A DNA stretch of 64,000 nt from an uncultured Gemmatimonadaceae bacterium (GCA_963761305.1 CAVXGK010000002.1:1312001-1376000), one strand, 5' to 3'. Positions 1 through 10,540 are shown, counted from the first letter of the stretch. Notes: a model not told the origin generated them from the letters alone. Numbers and translations are program-made.

Positions 1-594
1 CGCGCGCCGCGGTGTGCGCCACAAACGCGCCGCGAATCGCGCTACGCGCGCGAACGGCGCCTGCTCCGCCACCATGACCACACGAGCGCCGTGCGACGCC
101 AGCGACGCCGCCACGGCGAGCACGAGCGGACCCGTGCCGGCGACGACGACGCGTTTTTCTCGCACCGGCATTCCCGATTTCATCAACGCTTGCGCGCCCC
201 CGACACCAAACACGTTGGGCAGCGTCCATCCCGGGAACGGGAGAAACAGCTCGCGAGCTCCGGTCGCGAGCACGATCGCCGACGTCTCGATCGTGACGAG
301 TCCCCCGTCCCCGTGCCCTTCGGCGAATACTCGAAAACCGGCGCGCGTCTTTTCGACGTCGACAACGCTCGTCGCGCTTCGAATCGCCGCGCCGCTGCGC
401 GCGAGACGGTCGACCCATCGCCGCGACGCGAACGCGCGGTGACCGTCGCGCGTGGCGCGCCAGATCTGGCCGCCGGGCGCGAGTCCCTCGTCCACGAGCA
501 GTGCGCGCGCTCCGATTTCCGCGGCACGCGACGCCGCGGCCATGCCCGCCGGTCCGCCGCCGACGACGAGGACGTCGCACGAGGCACGCGTCAT
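1..594 (-). CDS. FAD/NAD(P)-binding oxidoreductase, probable D-hydroxyproline dehydrogenase alpha-type subunit (HcnB/SoxA-like); 3' end runs off the window
   Basis: Not in the ORF track. Manual translation from ATG 594 gives MTRASCDVLVVGGGPAGMAAA (GxGxxG), GGQIWR and ATGARELFLPFPGWTLPNV. The start overlaps the stop of the 2Fe-2S gene. Confidence 0.85.
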   Translation of the reverse strand, partial: MTRASCDVLVVGGGPAGMAAASRAAEIGARALLVDEGLAPGGQIWRATRDGHRAFASRRWVDRLARSGAAIRSATSVVDVEKTRAGFRVFAEGHGDGGLVTIETSAIVLATGARELFLPFPGWTLPNVFGVGGAQALMKSGMPVREKRVVVAGTGPLVLAVAASLASHGARVVMVAEQAPFARVARFAARLWRTPRRA

Positions 595-848
595 CGCTGC
601 ACCTTGCCGGCGAGCACGCTCATTCCCGGACGCACGCGCGTGAGGCACGACCGGCGCTGCTCCACGCCGTCGATCGTCACGCGACACTCGTAGCACGTGC
701 CCATGCTGCAGAGCGGGGCGCGCGGTTCGCCGCGCTCCGAGATGCGAAACACCGTCTCGCCCAACGCAAGCAGCGCCGCGGCCACGGTCGATCCGTGATC
801 GACCTGCACCACACGGCCGTTCACGCTGATCGCGATCTTGTCGGTCAC
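591..848 (-). CDS. (2Fe-2S)-binding subunit (HcnA-like; D-hydroxyproline dehydrogenase gamma-type)
   Basis: Motif LCSMGTCYECRVTIDG...RSC; GTG start at 848 overlaps the upstream TGA. Confidence 0.9.
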   Translation of the reverse strand: MTDKIAISVNGRVVQVDHGSTVAAALLALGETVFRISERGEPRAPLCSMGTCYECRVTIDGVEQRRSCLTRVRPGMSVLAGKVQR

Positions 849-1996
849 GCGGGCACCTGCGCGTGCTGCCCGTGTCGCGCGTCGTGCGGCATCGCGCGCG
901 TCGCCGCGAACGGCGCCGCGTCGATGGCCGGCTTCCGTCCGGCAACGAGATCGGCGAGCACTCTCGCCGTGGCGAGCGACGTCGTGATGCCAAGTCCCTC
1001 GTGCCCGGCGGCGATCCACACGCCGGGAATCGGATCCCAGGGGCCGATCAGCGGCAGCTTGTCGTCAGTGGCCGGACGAAATCCGGTCCAGCATCTGATC
1101 ACCGACAGATCTACGAGCGCCGGCACGAACTCCACCGCACGCTCGAGCATTCGCGCCAACACGGCGCGGTTGATCGACGCGTCCCATCCGACGAGCTCGC
1201 GCGACGAGCCGATCATCACTTGGCCGGTTCGACGCGGCTGAAGATTGAACGCGACCGATTCGGTGGTCATCGAGTGCGCGCTGGCGAGATATCCGAGCTC
1301 GACGAGTTGGTGACGACACACGAACGACGCGCGGTCGGTGATCGCGAGGTGGCCCTTGCGCGGCACGATCGGAAGGTCGGGCACGAGTTGCGCGGCGCGC
1401 GCCCCGGCGGCGTTCACGACGACGTCGGCGTGCAGCGTCTCACCGTTCGTCAGCCGCACGAGTCGCGCACCCAGCGAGGCGACGGACGTCGCTTCACGCA
1501 ACTTCGCGCCGGCCGCCGTCGCGCGACGAAGCAACTCGATCGCCGCGCCGGGCGGATACACGACCGAATCCCCCGGCACGCGAAGCGCGCCGGCGAGACC
1601 GGCACGCAGCTCGGGCTCGGCGTCGGCGAGTTGTTTTTCGTCGAGCACTTCGGTGGCGACGCCGACGCCGGCGTACGCGGCGCGTTTTTCGTCGAGCGCC
1701 GCGAGTTGCGACCCGTCCTCGGCGATCCAGAGCGTGCCGCAGCGATCGACTTCAGATCGCCGGTCTTGATCGAGCCCGATCTCGCGCCACAGCCGGTCTG
1801 AGTATGCGGTGAGCGCGAGCTGCGCCGGCGAATCGTCCATGACGACGATGTGCCCCATACCCGCGGCGGTCGTGCCCGATGCGGCGAACGACGCTTCGAG
1901 AATCGTGACGCGCCATCCGTCTCGAGCGAGCGCTTCCGCGCACGCCGCACCGACGATGCCCGCCCCGACGACGATCGCGTCGGACGTCGCCGGCAT
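845..1996 (-). CDS. FAD-dependent oxidoreductase, DAO/glycine-oxidase family (D-hydroxyproline dehydrogenase beta-type)
   Basis: VVGAGIVG, WTGFRPAT and AAGHEGLGITTS motifs; operon context. Confidence 0.9.
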   Translation of the reverse strand: MPATSDAIVVGAGIVGAACAEALARDGWRVTILEASFAASGTTAAGMGHIVVMDDSPAQLALTAYSDRLWREIGLDQDRRSEVDRCGTLWIAEDGSQLAALDEKRAAYAGVGVATEVLDEKQLADAEPELRAGLAGALRVPGDSVVYPPGAAIELLRRATAAGAKLREATSVASLGARLVRLTNGETLHADVVVNAAGARAAQLVPDLPIVPRKGHLAITDRASFVCRHQLVELGYLASAHSMTTESVAFNLQPRRTGQVMIGSSRELVGWDASINRAVLARMLERAVEFVPALVDLSVIRCWTGFRPATDDKLPLIGPWDPIPGVWIAAGHEGLGITTSLATARVLADLVAGRKPAIDAAPFAATRAMPHDARHGQHAQVPA

Positions 1997-1997
1997 G

Positions 1998-2954
1998 TCA
2001 GCCGCCGATGCCGAAGCGGAACGGATCGGCGGGGTCGAACCGCAGCGTCGAGTCGCCGGTGATGAAGGCGCGGCCGCGGATGTGCGGAATCAGCTCGCCG
2101 CCGCCGCCGCGCGTGAGCCAGCCGGTGAACCGCCCGCCGGTGATGCTCTCCTGCCGCCAGGGCTGCTCGAACGCCAGCGAGCCGCGCTCGTGCAGCGCGG
2201 CCATCGCCGCCGACGTGCCGGTGCCGCACGGCGAGCGATCGTATTCACCGCCCGAGCAGAGCACAAAATTCCGCGCGTCCGACTCGCGGTCGTGCGGCAT
2301 CCCCGACAGCTCGATGTGGTCGATCGGCACACCGCCCGCCGGACGCCGCTCGTCGATCGCCGATTGAATCGATCGCGTGAGATGCATCAGCTCGTCCACG
2401 TTCGACATGTCGAGCGCCGACTCGACATGTGTGATGAAGAACCAGTTGCCGCCGTACGCGACGTCGCCGACGACGCGGCCGCATCCCGGCACGTCGATCG
2501 ACACGTCCAGCGCGTGGGCTTTCGCAGCGACGTTCTCGATCGTCACCGATCCGTCGTCGTTCAACTCGGCAGACACGGGACCGACCGGCGTGTCGAAGCG
2601 CGCGACTCCGGGCGTCAGACGTCCGAGGTGTTCCAGCGTGCGCACGACGCCGATCAGCCCGTGGCCGCACATGCCGAGGTACGTCTCGTTGTTGAAGAAG
2701 ACGATGCCGGCTTGCGAATCGGGCGACACGGGAGGCGTGAGCAGCGCGCCGACGATCGCGGCGTGCCCCCGCGGTTCGCAGACAACGCCGCGCCGCAGAT
2801 GGTCCGCATTCCGACGGAGGTCGTCGCGCCGCTCGGACATCGTCGCGCCGGCCGGTTGCGGCCAGCCGTCGACGATCACGCGAGTCGGCTCTCCTTCCGT
2901 GTGGGAATCGACGACGCGCAGGAGAAGCGCGTCGCCGCTCGTTCGGTCAGGCAT
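1998..2954 (-). CDS. Proline racemase family protein, probable 4-hydroxyproline 2-epimerase
   Basis: HTEGEP, MCGHG and DRSPCGTGT (both catalytic Cys present), GGNWF, NFVLC. Confidence 0.92.
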   Translation of the reverse strand: MPDRTSGDALLLRVVDSHTEGEPTRVIVDGWPQPAGATMSERRDDLRRNADHLRRGVVCEPRGHAAIVGALLTPPVSPDSQAGIVFFNNETYLGMCGHGLIGVVRTLEHLGRLTPGVARFDTPVGPVSAELNDDGSVTIENVAAKAHALDVSIDVPGCGRVVGDVAYGGNWFFITHVESALDMSNVDELMHLTRSIQSAIDERRPAGGVPIDHIELSGMPHDRESDARNFVLCSGGEYDRSPCGTGTSAAMAALHERGSLAFEQPWRQESITGGRFTGWLTRGGGGELIPHIRGRAFITGDSTLRFDPADPFRFGIGG

Positions 2955-4395
2955 TGAGCTGGACGGTCTTGATCTCGGTGTAAAATTCGCGCGCCGCCGG
3001 ACCCTGCTCGCGACTGCCCGAGCTCGAGCCCTTCATGCCGCCGAACGGCGCGTGCGGATCGACGCCGGTCGTGTCGCCGTTCACGCGAACCATGCCGACC
3101 TCGATCTGGTCGATGTAGCGGAGCGCGCTCCGCACGTCGCGCGTGAAGAGCGCCGCGCTCAATCCGTAAACCGTGTCGTTGGCGAGCGTGACCGCGTGCT
3201 CGAGATCGTCGGCGGCAAAGCTCGTAAGCACGGGGCCGAACAGCTCGCGTCGCGCCAGGTCGGAATCGGTCGGCGCGTTTCGCAGAACAGTCGGCGCGAC
3301 GAAGTAGCCCTTGGCGAATTCGCTCGACGACGGGACGTCGCCGACGTACACGCGCTCGGCAGTCGATTCGTCGAGCACGCGGCGGATCGAGTCGCGCGAC
3401 AACGCGCTGATGACCGGGCCGATCGCCGACGCGGGATCCGTCACGGGGCCGAGCGGGAGCGCCGCGATGCGAGTCCGAAGGCGGTCGAGGAAATCGGCTT
3501 CGACTTCTCGCGCGACGACGACGCGACTCGTCGCTGTGCACTTCTGCCCCGCGTAGCGCATGGCGCCGGCGGCGGTGAGGTTGGCGGCGAGATCGAGGTC
3601 CGCGTCGCGCAGGACGATCGCGACGTTCTTGCCGCCCATCTCCGTCTGATAGCGGATGTTTCGCGCGGCCGCGGCGGCAGCCACCGTCGCGCCGATGCGG
3701 CCGGACCCGGTGAAGCTCACGGCGCGCACTTCGTCGGCGTCGACGAGTCGCGAGCCCACGACGTCGCCAGCGCCCAGCAGGACGTTGAACACGCCTTTTG
3801 GAATTCCCGCCGACGCGGCACACTCGGCGAGGATCGTCGCCGACTGCGACGACGACTCGGCCGGCTTGAGCACGACGGTGTTGCCGAACGCCAGTGCCGG
3901 CGCCGCTTTCCAGAGTGGAATCGCGACCGGGAAATTCCACGGCGTGATGAGCGCGACCACGCCGAGTGGGCGTCGCAGCGTGAACTGAAGCGAGCCGGCG
4001 GTTTGCGCGGGGATGACTTCGCCGACGGCACGCACCGCGTCGCCGGCGTAGTAGCGGAGGATCGTGACACAGCGGCCGACTTCACCGCGCGCTTCGCCGA
4101 TCGGCTTTCCGACTTCGCGCGTGACGAGCTGCGCCAATTCGTCGGCGCGCGTTCCGATCGCGTCGGCCCATTTGTAGAGCAGCTCGGCGCGCGCCGGGCC
4201 GGACAAGGCACGCCACGCGGTGAGCGCCGACGCCGCCGATTGCACGGCGACGTCGACGTCGTCACTAGTACCCGCTGGAACGTGCGCGACGACGTCTTCG
4301 GCGTTCGAAGGATTGACGTCGGCGATCCAGCGGTCAGACTGGCTCGAGCGCCACTCCCCGCCGATGAAGTGGCGGAGCTGCGCCGGCGCGGTCAC
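2947..4395 (-). CDS. Aldehyde dehydrogenase, probable alpha-ketoglutaric semialdehyde dehydrogenase
   Basis: ITPWNFP, SFTGS, EMGGKN, GQKCTA, ELFGPV and PFGGMKGS motifs. GTG 4395 overlaps the GntR stop; the track ORF is over-extended. Confidence 0.9.
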   Translation of the reverse strand: MTAPAQLRHFIGGEWRSSQSDRWIADVNPSNAEDVVAHVPAGTSDDVDVAVQSAASALTAWRALSGPARAELLYKWADAIGTRADELAQLVTREVGKPIGEARGEVGRCVTILRYYAGDAVRAVGEVIPAQTAGSLQFTLRRPLGVVALITPWNFPVAIPLWKAAPALAFGNTVVLKPAESSSQSATILAECAASAGIPKGVFNVLLGAGDVVGSRLVDADEVRAVSFTGSGRIGATVAAAAAARNIRYQTEMGGKNVAIVLRDADLDLAANLTAAGAMRYAGQKCTATSRVVVAREVEADFLDRLRTRIAALPLGPVTDPASAIGPVISALSRDSIRRVLDESTAERVYVGDVPSSSEFAKGYFVAPTVLRNAPTDSDLARRELFGPVLTSFAADDLEHAVTLANDTVYGLSAALFTRDVRSALRYIDQIEVGMVRVNGDTTGVDPHAPFGGMKGSSSGSREQGPAAREFYTEIKTVQLNA

Positions 4396-5189
4396 CGGTC
4401 CGCGTTTGCGACGACCGCGGTCGCGGTCACGAGCGGCGCGGTGGCAGTCGTCGCCGGGTTTGATCCGTTGCGCTGTTGAGACAACAGCCCGAGCAACGAC
4501 TGGCCGGCGCCCAGGATGTGCGCGCGCATGAGTTGCGTGGCGGTCTTCACGTCGCGCTTGCGCACCGCCCCGGCGATCGCGCGGTGCTCCTGGCTTGCCG
4601 AGTGGGCGCCACCGGCGAGCAGCACTTGCATGCGGAAGTAGCGATCGCTGTGTTGGTGGAGCTTCTGCAACACGCCCATCGTGAAGTTGCGGTTGGCCGG
4701 CGCGTACAGAGCGGCGTGGAAGTGCCAGTTGAGCGGACCCCAACGGCTCGCTTCACCCGCGGCCAGCGCGTCCTCGAACGCGTCGAGGACTTCGGTCGCG
4801 CGGTCGAACTGCTCGTCGCTCATGCGCGGAATGGATCGGCGCAGCAGGTCGCTCTCGATGTCGGCGCGCAGCTCGAACAGTTCGTCGATCTCGTCGAGCG
4901 AGAGCGTGGAGACGACGGCACCGCGGTGGGGGCTGAAACTGACCAGCCCTTCGGCCTCGAGTTGTCGCAGCGCTTCACGAACGGGAATGCGGCTCACGCC
5001 CAACTCGTCGGCGAGGGCATCCTGGCGAAGGGGCTCGCCGTCGGGGAGGTCTCCGCGGAGAATACGCTCGCGTAGGGCTTCGACGGTCATGCTGGCGACG
5101 GTCTGCCGGCGAATCGGTATGGAGACCCGCGCGCCAGATGGCGGATAGCGGTGCGCAGGATTAACGTCAGGTACAGTCCGAAGGGTCAT
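4392..5189 (-). CDS. GntR-family (FCD) transcriptional regulator
   Basis: wHTH LRQDALADELGVSRIPVREALRQLEAEGLV; FCD motifs NWHFH and EHRAI. Exact start uncertain. Confidence 0.92.
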   Translation of the reverse strand: MTLRTVPDVNPAHRYPPSGARVSIPIRRQTVASMTVEALRERILRGDLPDGEPLRQDALADELGVSRIPVREALRQLEAEGLVSFSPHRGAVVSTLSLDEIDELFELRADIESDLLRRSIPRMSDEQFDRATEVLDAFEDALAAGEASRWGPLNWHFHAALYAPANRNFTMGVLQKLHQHSDRYFRMQVLLAGGAHSASQEHRAIAGAVRKRDVKTATQLMRAHILGAGQSLLGLLSQQRNGSNPATTATAPLVTATAVVANADR

Positions 5190-5455
5190 TCAAACTCCAA
5201 AGCAGCATCGAACTCGGTTCGACGGCGGTGGGGGGGCGTGATCCGGGCTCGCGGTGTGCAACTTTTCGCAGGAGCGTGGATAGAGTATCCTGCAGGTTGC
5301 CACCTCGCAAGAAAGTTAGGCGCGGGGCCGCACGCCGGCGAGGTGGGGACTCGGGTCTACCGCACGAGCGGTTCCGGTAACATCGTCTAGGCTGACCGCC
5401 GTTCCCGCGACATCCGCCCCACCTGCCGCGGCTCTCACTCTGAATCCGGCCGTTC

Positions 5456-6421
5456 ATGAACTTCGTCACACGTGTTCTCAGCGCCGACCCGATCGCACTG
5501 CTGATCGCCGTGCTCGGGGTTTTCACGCTCGCGTATCTGGTGATGTTCATTCGAGCGATGGTGCGCGATGCACGCTCCGGACAGTCAGTGAGCTCGCCAC
5601 TGCTGGTCTGGCCGGTGAGCTTCGTGGCGAACTTCCTCGACACGCTCGGTGTCGGCTCGTATGCCACCACCACCTCGATGGTGCGCTTCTTCAAGTTGAT
5701 TCCCGACGAGAAGATCCCGGGCTCTCTGAACGTCGGTTACGTTCTGCCTACCGTCACCGAAGCATTCCTGTTCATCTATGGATTCAGCGGTCTGATCACG
5801 GTCGAGCCCGTACACGTCGATCCGCGAACCCTGATCTCACTTATCGCGGCGTCGATTCTCGGCGCGTGGCTCGGCGCCGGCGTCGTTTCCTCGTGGCCGC
5901 GCCGCAAGATCCAGGTCGGCATGGGCCTCTGCCTGCTCGCGGCGGCAATCATCATGGTCGTGCGGATGACCGTGTTTCATTCGCTGACGGTCGGCACGAC
6001 GAGCCTGACCGGCGCGCGGTGGGTGCTCGGAATGGGCGGCCTGTTCGTGCTGGGCGCGCTGATGACGCTCGGCATCGGCCTCTATGCGCCGTGTTTGATT
6101 CTGGTCACGGCGCTCGGCATGACGGAGAAATCGGCGTTTCCGATTATGATGGGCGCGTGCGCATTCCTGATGCCCGTCGCCGTCGCCCGATTCGTTCGCG
6201 CACGCTCGTACCATACACCCGCCATGCTGGGCATGGCCATCGCCGGCATCCCAGCTGTGCTGCTCGCCGTCAAATGGTTCCAGGATTTGCCGATGACCTA
6301 CGTCAAGGTACTGGTCATCTGCGTCGTGACGTACACCGGGATCAGCATGCTGCGCGCTGCGCAGCGGGAGCGCGATCTGGCAAGCGATGCCACGGCCGCC
6401 GAAGCGCAACCTGCCCTTTAG
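5456..6421 (+). CDS. Sulfite exporter TauE/SafE family membrane protein
   Basis: Many TM helices; NFLDTLGVGSYA, GIGLYAPC and AFPIMMGACAFL motifs. Confidence 0.8.
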   Translation: MNFVTRVLSADPIALLIAVLGVFTLAYLVMFIRAMVRDARSGQSVSSPLLVWPVSFVANFLDTLGVGSYATTTSMVRFFKLIPDEKIPGSLNVGYVLPTVTEAFLFIYGFSGLITVEPVHVDPRTLISLIAASILGAWLGAGVVSSWPRRKIQVGMGLCLLAAAIIMVVRMTVFHSLTVGTTSLTGARWVLGMGGLFVLGALMTLGIGLYAPCLILVTALGMTEKSAFPIMMGACAFLMPVAVARFVRARSYHTPAMLGMAIAGIPAVLLAVKWFQDLPMTYVKVLVICVVTYTGISMLRAAQRERDLASDATAAEAQPAL

Positions 6422-6449
6422 CTCCACGCCCGCGGCGTCGTTCGTCCTG

Positions 6450-6485
6450 ATAGCCGGCGTCGCAAGCGCGCCGGCTATTTCTTTT
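6450..6485 (+). terminator. Intrinsic terminator between convergent TauE and TPR genes
   Basis: ATAGCCGGCG...CGCCGGCTAT stem followed by TTCTTTT. Confidence 0.7.
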
Positions 6486-8289
6486 GCGGCGTGTCGGTGC
6501 CCGCGTGAGCCGCGGCGCAAAATGTCTTGAGCTCGTCGGCTACATACGGTCGCAGCTTCGCCACGTAGTCGAGATACTGTTTCGCCGCGTCAGGTGCGGC
6601 GGCGCCACCGGCGACCAGATTGATCTCCGCTTCGGTGAGCGACGAATCGGCGAGCTTCGACAGCTCGCAGCTCTTGGCCGGCGCCGCCTCGGTTGCGGCG
6701 GATTGTCCGATCGACAGCGCCGACGCGCCGACGAGGAACTTTGCCTCGGGCGACGGCGTGATGCGGACGGCGAGCGAGAGGAACTTCATCGCGCGCTGAA
6801 AGTCTTCGCGTTTTTGCGTCGTGCCCGCGGCCTTGAACAGCGCGTTGCCGCGCGCCAGCGCGAACTGCGCGACGGTGGTCGAGTCCTCGCCCATCCGCGA
6901 CGCCTGCTCCATCGCCGCGAACGCGCTGTCGGGCTCCCCCGCTTCGATCTCGAGCTGCGCGAGCTGCAGGTAGCCGTGCGGAAGCTTCGGGTTCACGGCG
7001 AGGGCGCGCTTCGTCTCCGCCACCGCCGCGGCGGCGTTGCCCGAGCTCTTGAGCGTCTGCGCAGCGAAGACGTGCAGCTCGGCGTTGTCGGGAAACGCGG
7101 CGAGGCCGCGCTGGAGCGCCGAGTCGGATTCCACGTGCAGCAGCTGGAGGTACATGACGTAGAGCGGCGCCGACTCGGGAAATCGCGCCACGGCGTTGGC
7201 CGCCACGCCGAGCGCACGTTCCGATTTGCCGTCCGAGCGCAGCGCCGTGGCGAGCCGCAGATAGAAATCCGCGTCGGACTGCGCCGCCTGGTCGCGCACG
7301 AGCATCTGTTCGCCCGCCTGAATGGCGCCCTTCCAATCGTTCTCGGCCAGATGCACCAGCCAGCGGAGCTTGAGCAGCGGAAGGTTGTCGGGGTGTGCGT
7401 CGGTGCCGTGGTCGATGATCGGCGCCGCGAGGTTCGGCAGTCCTTCCCGCGCCAGCGCGTTGACGACACGCTCGATCATCGCCTCGTTGGTGGAATCCGT
7501 AGCGAGGAGCTTCGTCCACACCGGAGCCGCGTCGCGCGCCTGGCCCTTCGAGTCGAGCGCCTGTGCGAGATCCTCGAGCGCGACCGGGTTTCCTGGCGCG
7601 ACGGCCAAGGTCGCCCTCGACACGGCGATCACGCTGTCGGCGCTGACCTCGAGGTGCGCGAAGGCGTTGAGGAGGCAGACGCGAGCCGGCACGGCCCGCG
7701 GATAGAGCGCGATGGCGGTCGTCGCCGCGGCCGCCGCGGCGCGCGCGTTTCCGGCGCGATCAGAGTTCTCGCATTGGCGAAGCGGTGCGAGCTGCCGCCG
7801 GGCGGCGATGGCCTCCGCGGCGACGGCCTCGGCCGCCAGAGGCGCGGACGCCGCGTGCACCACCATCGGCTGGGCGAGGCGCAGGTCTCGTACGAGTGAG
7901 AGTCGCGCTTCGATGCGGTAGGATCCGTCCGGATCCTTGGTCAGGGTGCCGGTGATCTGCTCGTCGGCGCGAAACTTCTTCGCCATCTCCTTGAGCTCGC
8001 CGTCGCTCAGCGCCGGGTTCTCGTCGAACCCGGATCGGCGGAACCAGTCGTCCATGTCGCCGCCGGAGATGACGCGCAGCTCGGTCTTCGGAAATGCCCC
8101 GGCGACGCGCGACCGCACGATGTCCGCGCCACGCCCGGCGGCGCCGCGCTCCGTGCCAAGAAAGGCCGGAACGATCAGAACCTGCGTGGTGAATGTCGGC
8201 TGACCCGCTCCATCCGCGCTGGTCTGCGCCCCGCCTATGGCCGCAACGACCGTCAACAACGCGGCGGCGAGTGCGAGTCGATTGGGCAT
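6475..8289 (-). CDS. Secreted tetratricopeptide-repeat protein
   Basis: Signal peptide followed by Ala-rich helical TPR-like repeats (ALAVNPK, FPDNAELH). Confidence 0.8.
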   Translation of the reverse strand: MPNRLALAAALLTVVAAIGGAQTSADGAGQPTFTTQVLIVPAFLGTERGAAGRGADIVRSRVAGAFPKTELRVISGGDMDDWFRRSGFDENPALSDGELKEMAKKFRADEQITGTLTKDPDGSYRIEARLSLVRDLRLAQPMVVHAASAPLAAEAVAAEAIAARRQLAPLRQCENSDRAGNARAAAAAATTAIALYPRAVPARVCLLNAFAHLEVSADSVIAVSRATLAVAPGNPVALEDLAQALDSKGQARDAAPVWTKLLATDSTNEAMIERVVNALAREGLPNLAAPIIDHGTDAHPDNLPLLKLRWLVHLAENDWKGAIQAGEQMLVRDQAAQSDADFYLRLATALRSDGKSERALGVAANAVARFPESAPLYVMYLQLLHVESDSALQRGLAAFPDNAELHVFAAQTLKSSGNAAAAVAETKRALAVNPKLPHGYLQLAQLEIEAGEPDSAFAAMEQASRMGEDSTTVAQFALARGNALFKAAGTTQKREDFQRAMKFLSLAVRITPSPEAKFLVGASALSIGQSAATEAAPAKSCELSKLADSSLTEAEINLVAGGAAAPDAAKQYLDYVAKLRPYVADELKTFCAAAHAGTDTPQKK

Positions 8290-8440
8290 TCGAGGCGGGT
8301 GGGGTCGAGGGCGGGGTCGGGGGCGGCCTGGTCGGCGAGTCGCGGGCGGCGAGGAGGCGATCGCAAAGGCTTCTTAACGTAAACGCAGGACCGGCGCCGA
8401 CGTTGACCGTAACGATTGCCATCGCCCACGATATAACAAA

Positions 8441-8477
8441 ACGAAATGCCCGCCCTCTCGCGAGGGCGGGCATTCGT
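8441..8477 (-). terminator. Intrinsic terminator downstream of the cupredoxin gene
   Basis: AATGCCCGCCCTC-TCGC-GAGGGCGGGCATT stem with a T-rich tail on the minus strand. Confidence 0.8.
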
Positions 8478-8522
8478 CCACACTAAGCCAGTTGCAAGCC
8501 GGCCCGGCGCGGGGACGAGCTT

Positions 8523-8948
8523 CTACTGAACGACGATCTGTCCGGACATGTAGCTGCCGTGAACCGCGCAGTGATACTTGAACGTGCCGGCCACGGTAAA
8601 GGTGCGATTGAAGCTGCCCTGATTCTGCAGCGGCGACGTCGTCCCGCTGCCGTCGTCGAATGAGACCTGGTGGTTGATGCACGCCCCGTTGCCGTAGCCG
8701 TAGCCGCCGCTCGTATCCGTGCAGGCGGACCACTGCCACGTGACGGTTTGGCCCGCCTTGATGGTCAGGCTCGTCGGATTGAAGCTCGAGTCGACCAGCG
8801 CCACGGTGTTCGGGTTGGCCGGGCCGGTGCCGGGTCCGGTCGGCGTGGTGCCTGGGCCGGTGGTCGTCGAGCTGTCGCCGCTTGCACCGCCGCATGCGGC
8901 CACGATCACGATGGCGATCGCCGCGAGCGAGAGTCCCCACATTCGCAT
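8523..8948 (-). CDS. Plastocyanin/azurin-family (cupredoxin) lipoprotein
   Basis: Lipobox VAAC; type-1 copper ligands NH...YHCAVHGSYM. Confidence 0.88.
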   Translation of the reverse strand: MRMWGLSLAAIAIVIVAACGGASGDSSTTTGPGTTPTGPGTGPANPNTVALVDSSFNPTSLTIKAGQTVTWQWSACTDTSGGYGYGNGACINHQVSFDDGSGTTSPLQNQGSFNRTFTVAGTFKYHCAVHGSYMSGQIVVQ

Positions 8949-9096
8949 GCTCTTATCTCCTCCGAATGGCGGGCCGTCTCGCGGGCCGGAGGAGCCGGTG
9001 CGCGGAGGTCGGGCCGCAAAGTCGTCACGGCGCCTGCTGATTCAGGCGCCGCGCGATCAATCCAGAGGGCTCGCGGAAGGTTCCTGGCCCCTCCCG

Positions 9097-10290
9097 CTAC
9101 GGCATCGGAATGTTGGACCGCGGGACCGAGTTCGACATGATGATGACGCGCCGCAGGTCCGACGCCTTGGCGCCGGCCATCATGTCGGTGATCTCGCTGA
9201 GCCGCACGGCGGTGTGATAGATAGTCCACGACGGTCCGGCGAGAGCCGACGGCCAGATGTCGAGCAGATCGGTCTGCGGGTCATAGCGCAGCGTCCCGCG
9301 ATACCACGTCGAGACGGCCCGCTGCTTCGCGGCGGCCATGCTGCGCCAGAAGATCGGCATGGGGAGCACATGCCAGGAGAACCCATCGTCGCTGCGGGCG
9401 AGGAAGAGATCGCTCTGACCGCAGCTGTTGCCGCGCGGGAACGCCGCGACCAGCGCCACGTATCCGCCGAACGGCAGCTCGGCGACGTCGAGATGCCACG
9501 GGACGTAGCCGGGAATCGAGAAGTCGAGCGGCGTCGGATCGCTCCACTCTACCGACTCGAACGATTGCGTGAGGTCGGGGTGGGCGCTGCGAACCTCGAG
9601 CGTCGTCGACAGCGCGTTGCAGCCCGCCACGCCCGAGCGGATGGACCACACCCGCGCCGTCCGGTCGTTCTCGATCACCATCGTCGGCGACACGATGTCG
9701 TGACTGTGGGCGGCAAAGGCGACGACCGGGGTCGTCCATTGCTTGCCGGTCGCGGTCGACATGAGCATGATCCGGTTCATGGTGTCGGCAACGACACGAT
9801 AGATCTGGATCAAGCGCCGCGTCGCCGGATCGAACGCGTGGTCGGGGTCGGAGTTGTAGCTGCCGGCACCGGGATAGGCGATGATCGGATTGCGAATCGC
9901 CGACGGCGTCACCCACACCGTATCGTTCGCCGCGACCAGGAAGCCGGGGTTCTCCCACGCCGGATCCGAATTCTTGTACGGCGTGTACATCAGCCAACAG
10001 GCGCCGCCGTTCCAGCCGTTGGGCGGACAAACCATGTCGGGATGTACGGCGTCGGCTGACTGCGAGAACGCATCCGGCGGCAGCGTGACGCGCGCGAACT
10101 TCGCGGTCATCATCGCTTCGATACGATCTGTTAGTGAAACCGGATCAAACTTCTCTGGTGGCGCGCCCGGTTCTGTCGGAACGCCGAGCGGCATCGTGCG
10201 TGTGAGTGGTGAAGCGGGAACTGTCGGACTGTGGGAGTCCGAACAGGCGACGAGTGCGGCGGCGCACAGCGTCAGAGACACGAATCGCAT
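9097..10290 (-). CDS. Lipoprotein, probable beta-propeller glycoside-hydrolase-like
   Basis: Lipobox LVAC; HPD...GWNG...WLMYTPY...ENP, NSDPD and an Asp-box-like SDDGFSW. Confidence 0.65.
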   Translation of the reverse strand: MRFVSLTLCAAALVACSDSHSPTVPASPLTRTMPLGVPTEPGAPPEKFDPVSLTDRIEAMMTAKFARVTLPPDAFSQSADAVHPDMVCPPNGWNGGACWLMYTPYKNSDPAWENPGFLVAANDTVWVTPSAIRNPIIAYPGAGSYNSDPDHAFDPATRRLIQIYRVVADTMNRIMLMSTATGKQWTTPVVAFAAHSHDIVSPTMVIENDRTARVWSIRSGVAGCNALSTTLEVRSAHPDLTQSFESVEWSDPTPLDFSIPGYVPWHLDVAELPFGGYVALVAAFPRGNSCGQSDLFLARSDDGFSWHVLPMPIFWRSMAAAKQRAVSTWYRGTLRYDPQTDLLDIWPSALAGPSWTIYHTAVRLSEITDMMAGAKASDLRRVIIMSNSVPRSNIPMP

Positions 10291-10540
10291 GGAACCCTTC
10301 TGCGGTGGTGGTCCGGCCTAGGGTCACGTGTATGGGGCAGCACGAATTGGTCCGACTCGGCGCACGACCGACCTCGGCGCGCTCACCTATCGGGCGCGCG
10401 AATGTAGCTCTCGCGCGCACACTCCGCTTGTTTTGTATACTGGTGTTTGCGTGGGACTCCATCGACGAAGCAAGCTGTAACGCTACGTGCCGAATCACGC
10501 CGCCGCAGATACTATCCGTCCGTCTCGAGAGGGGGCAGCG

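Noticed and set aside
1..1996. Hydrogen cyanide synthase hcnABC
   Set aside because: Same three-subunit family, but the linked epimerase and ALDH point to hydroxyproline catabolism.
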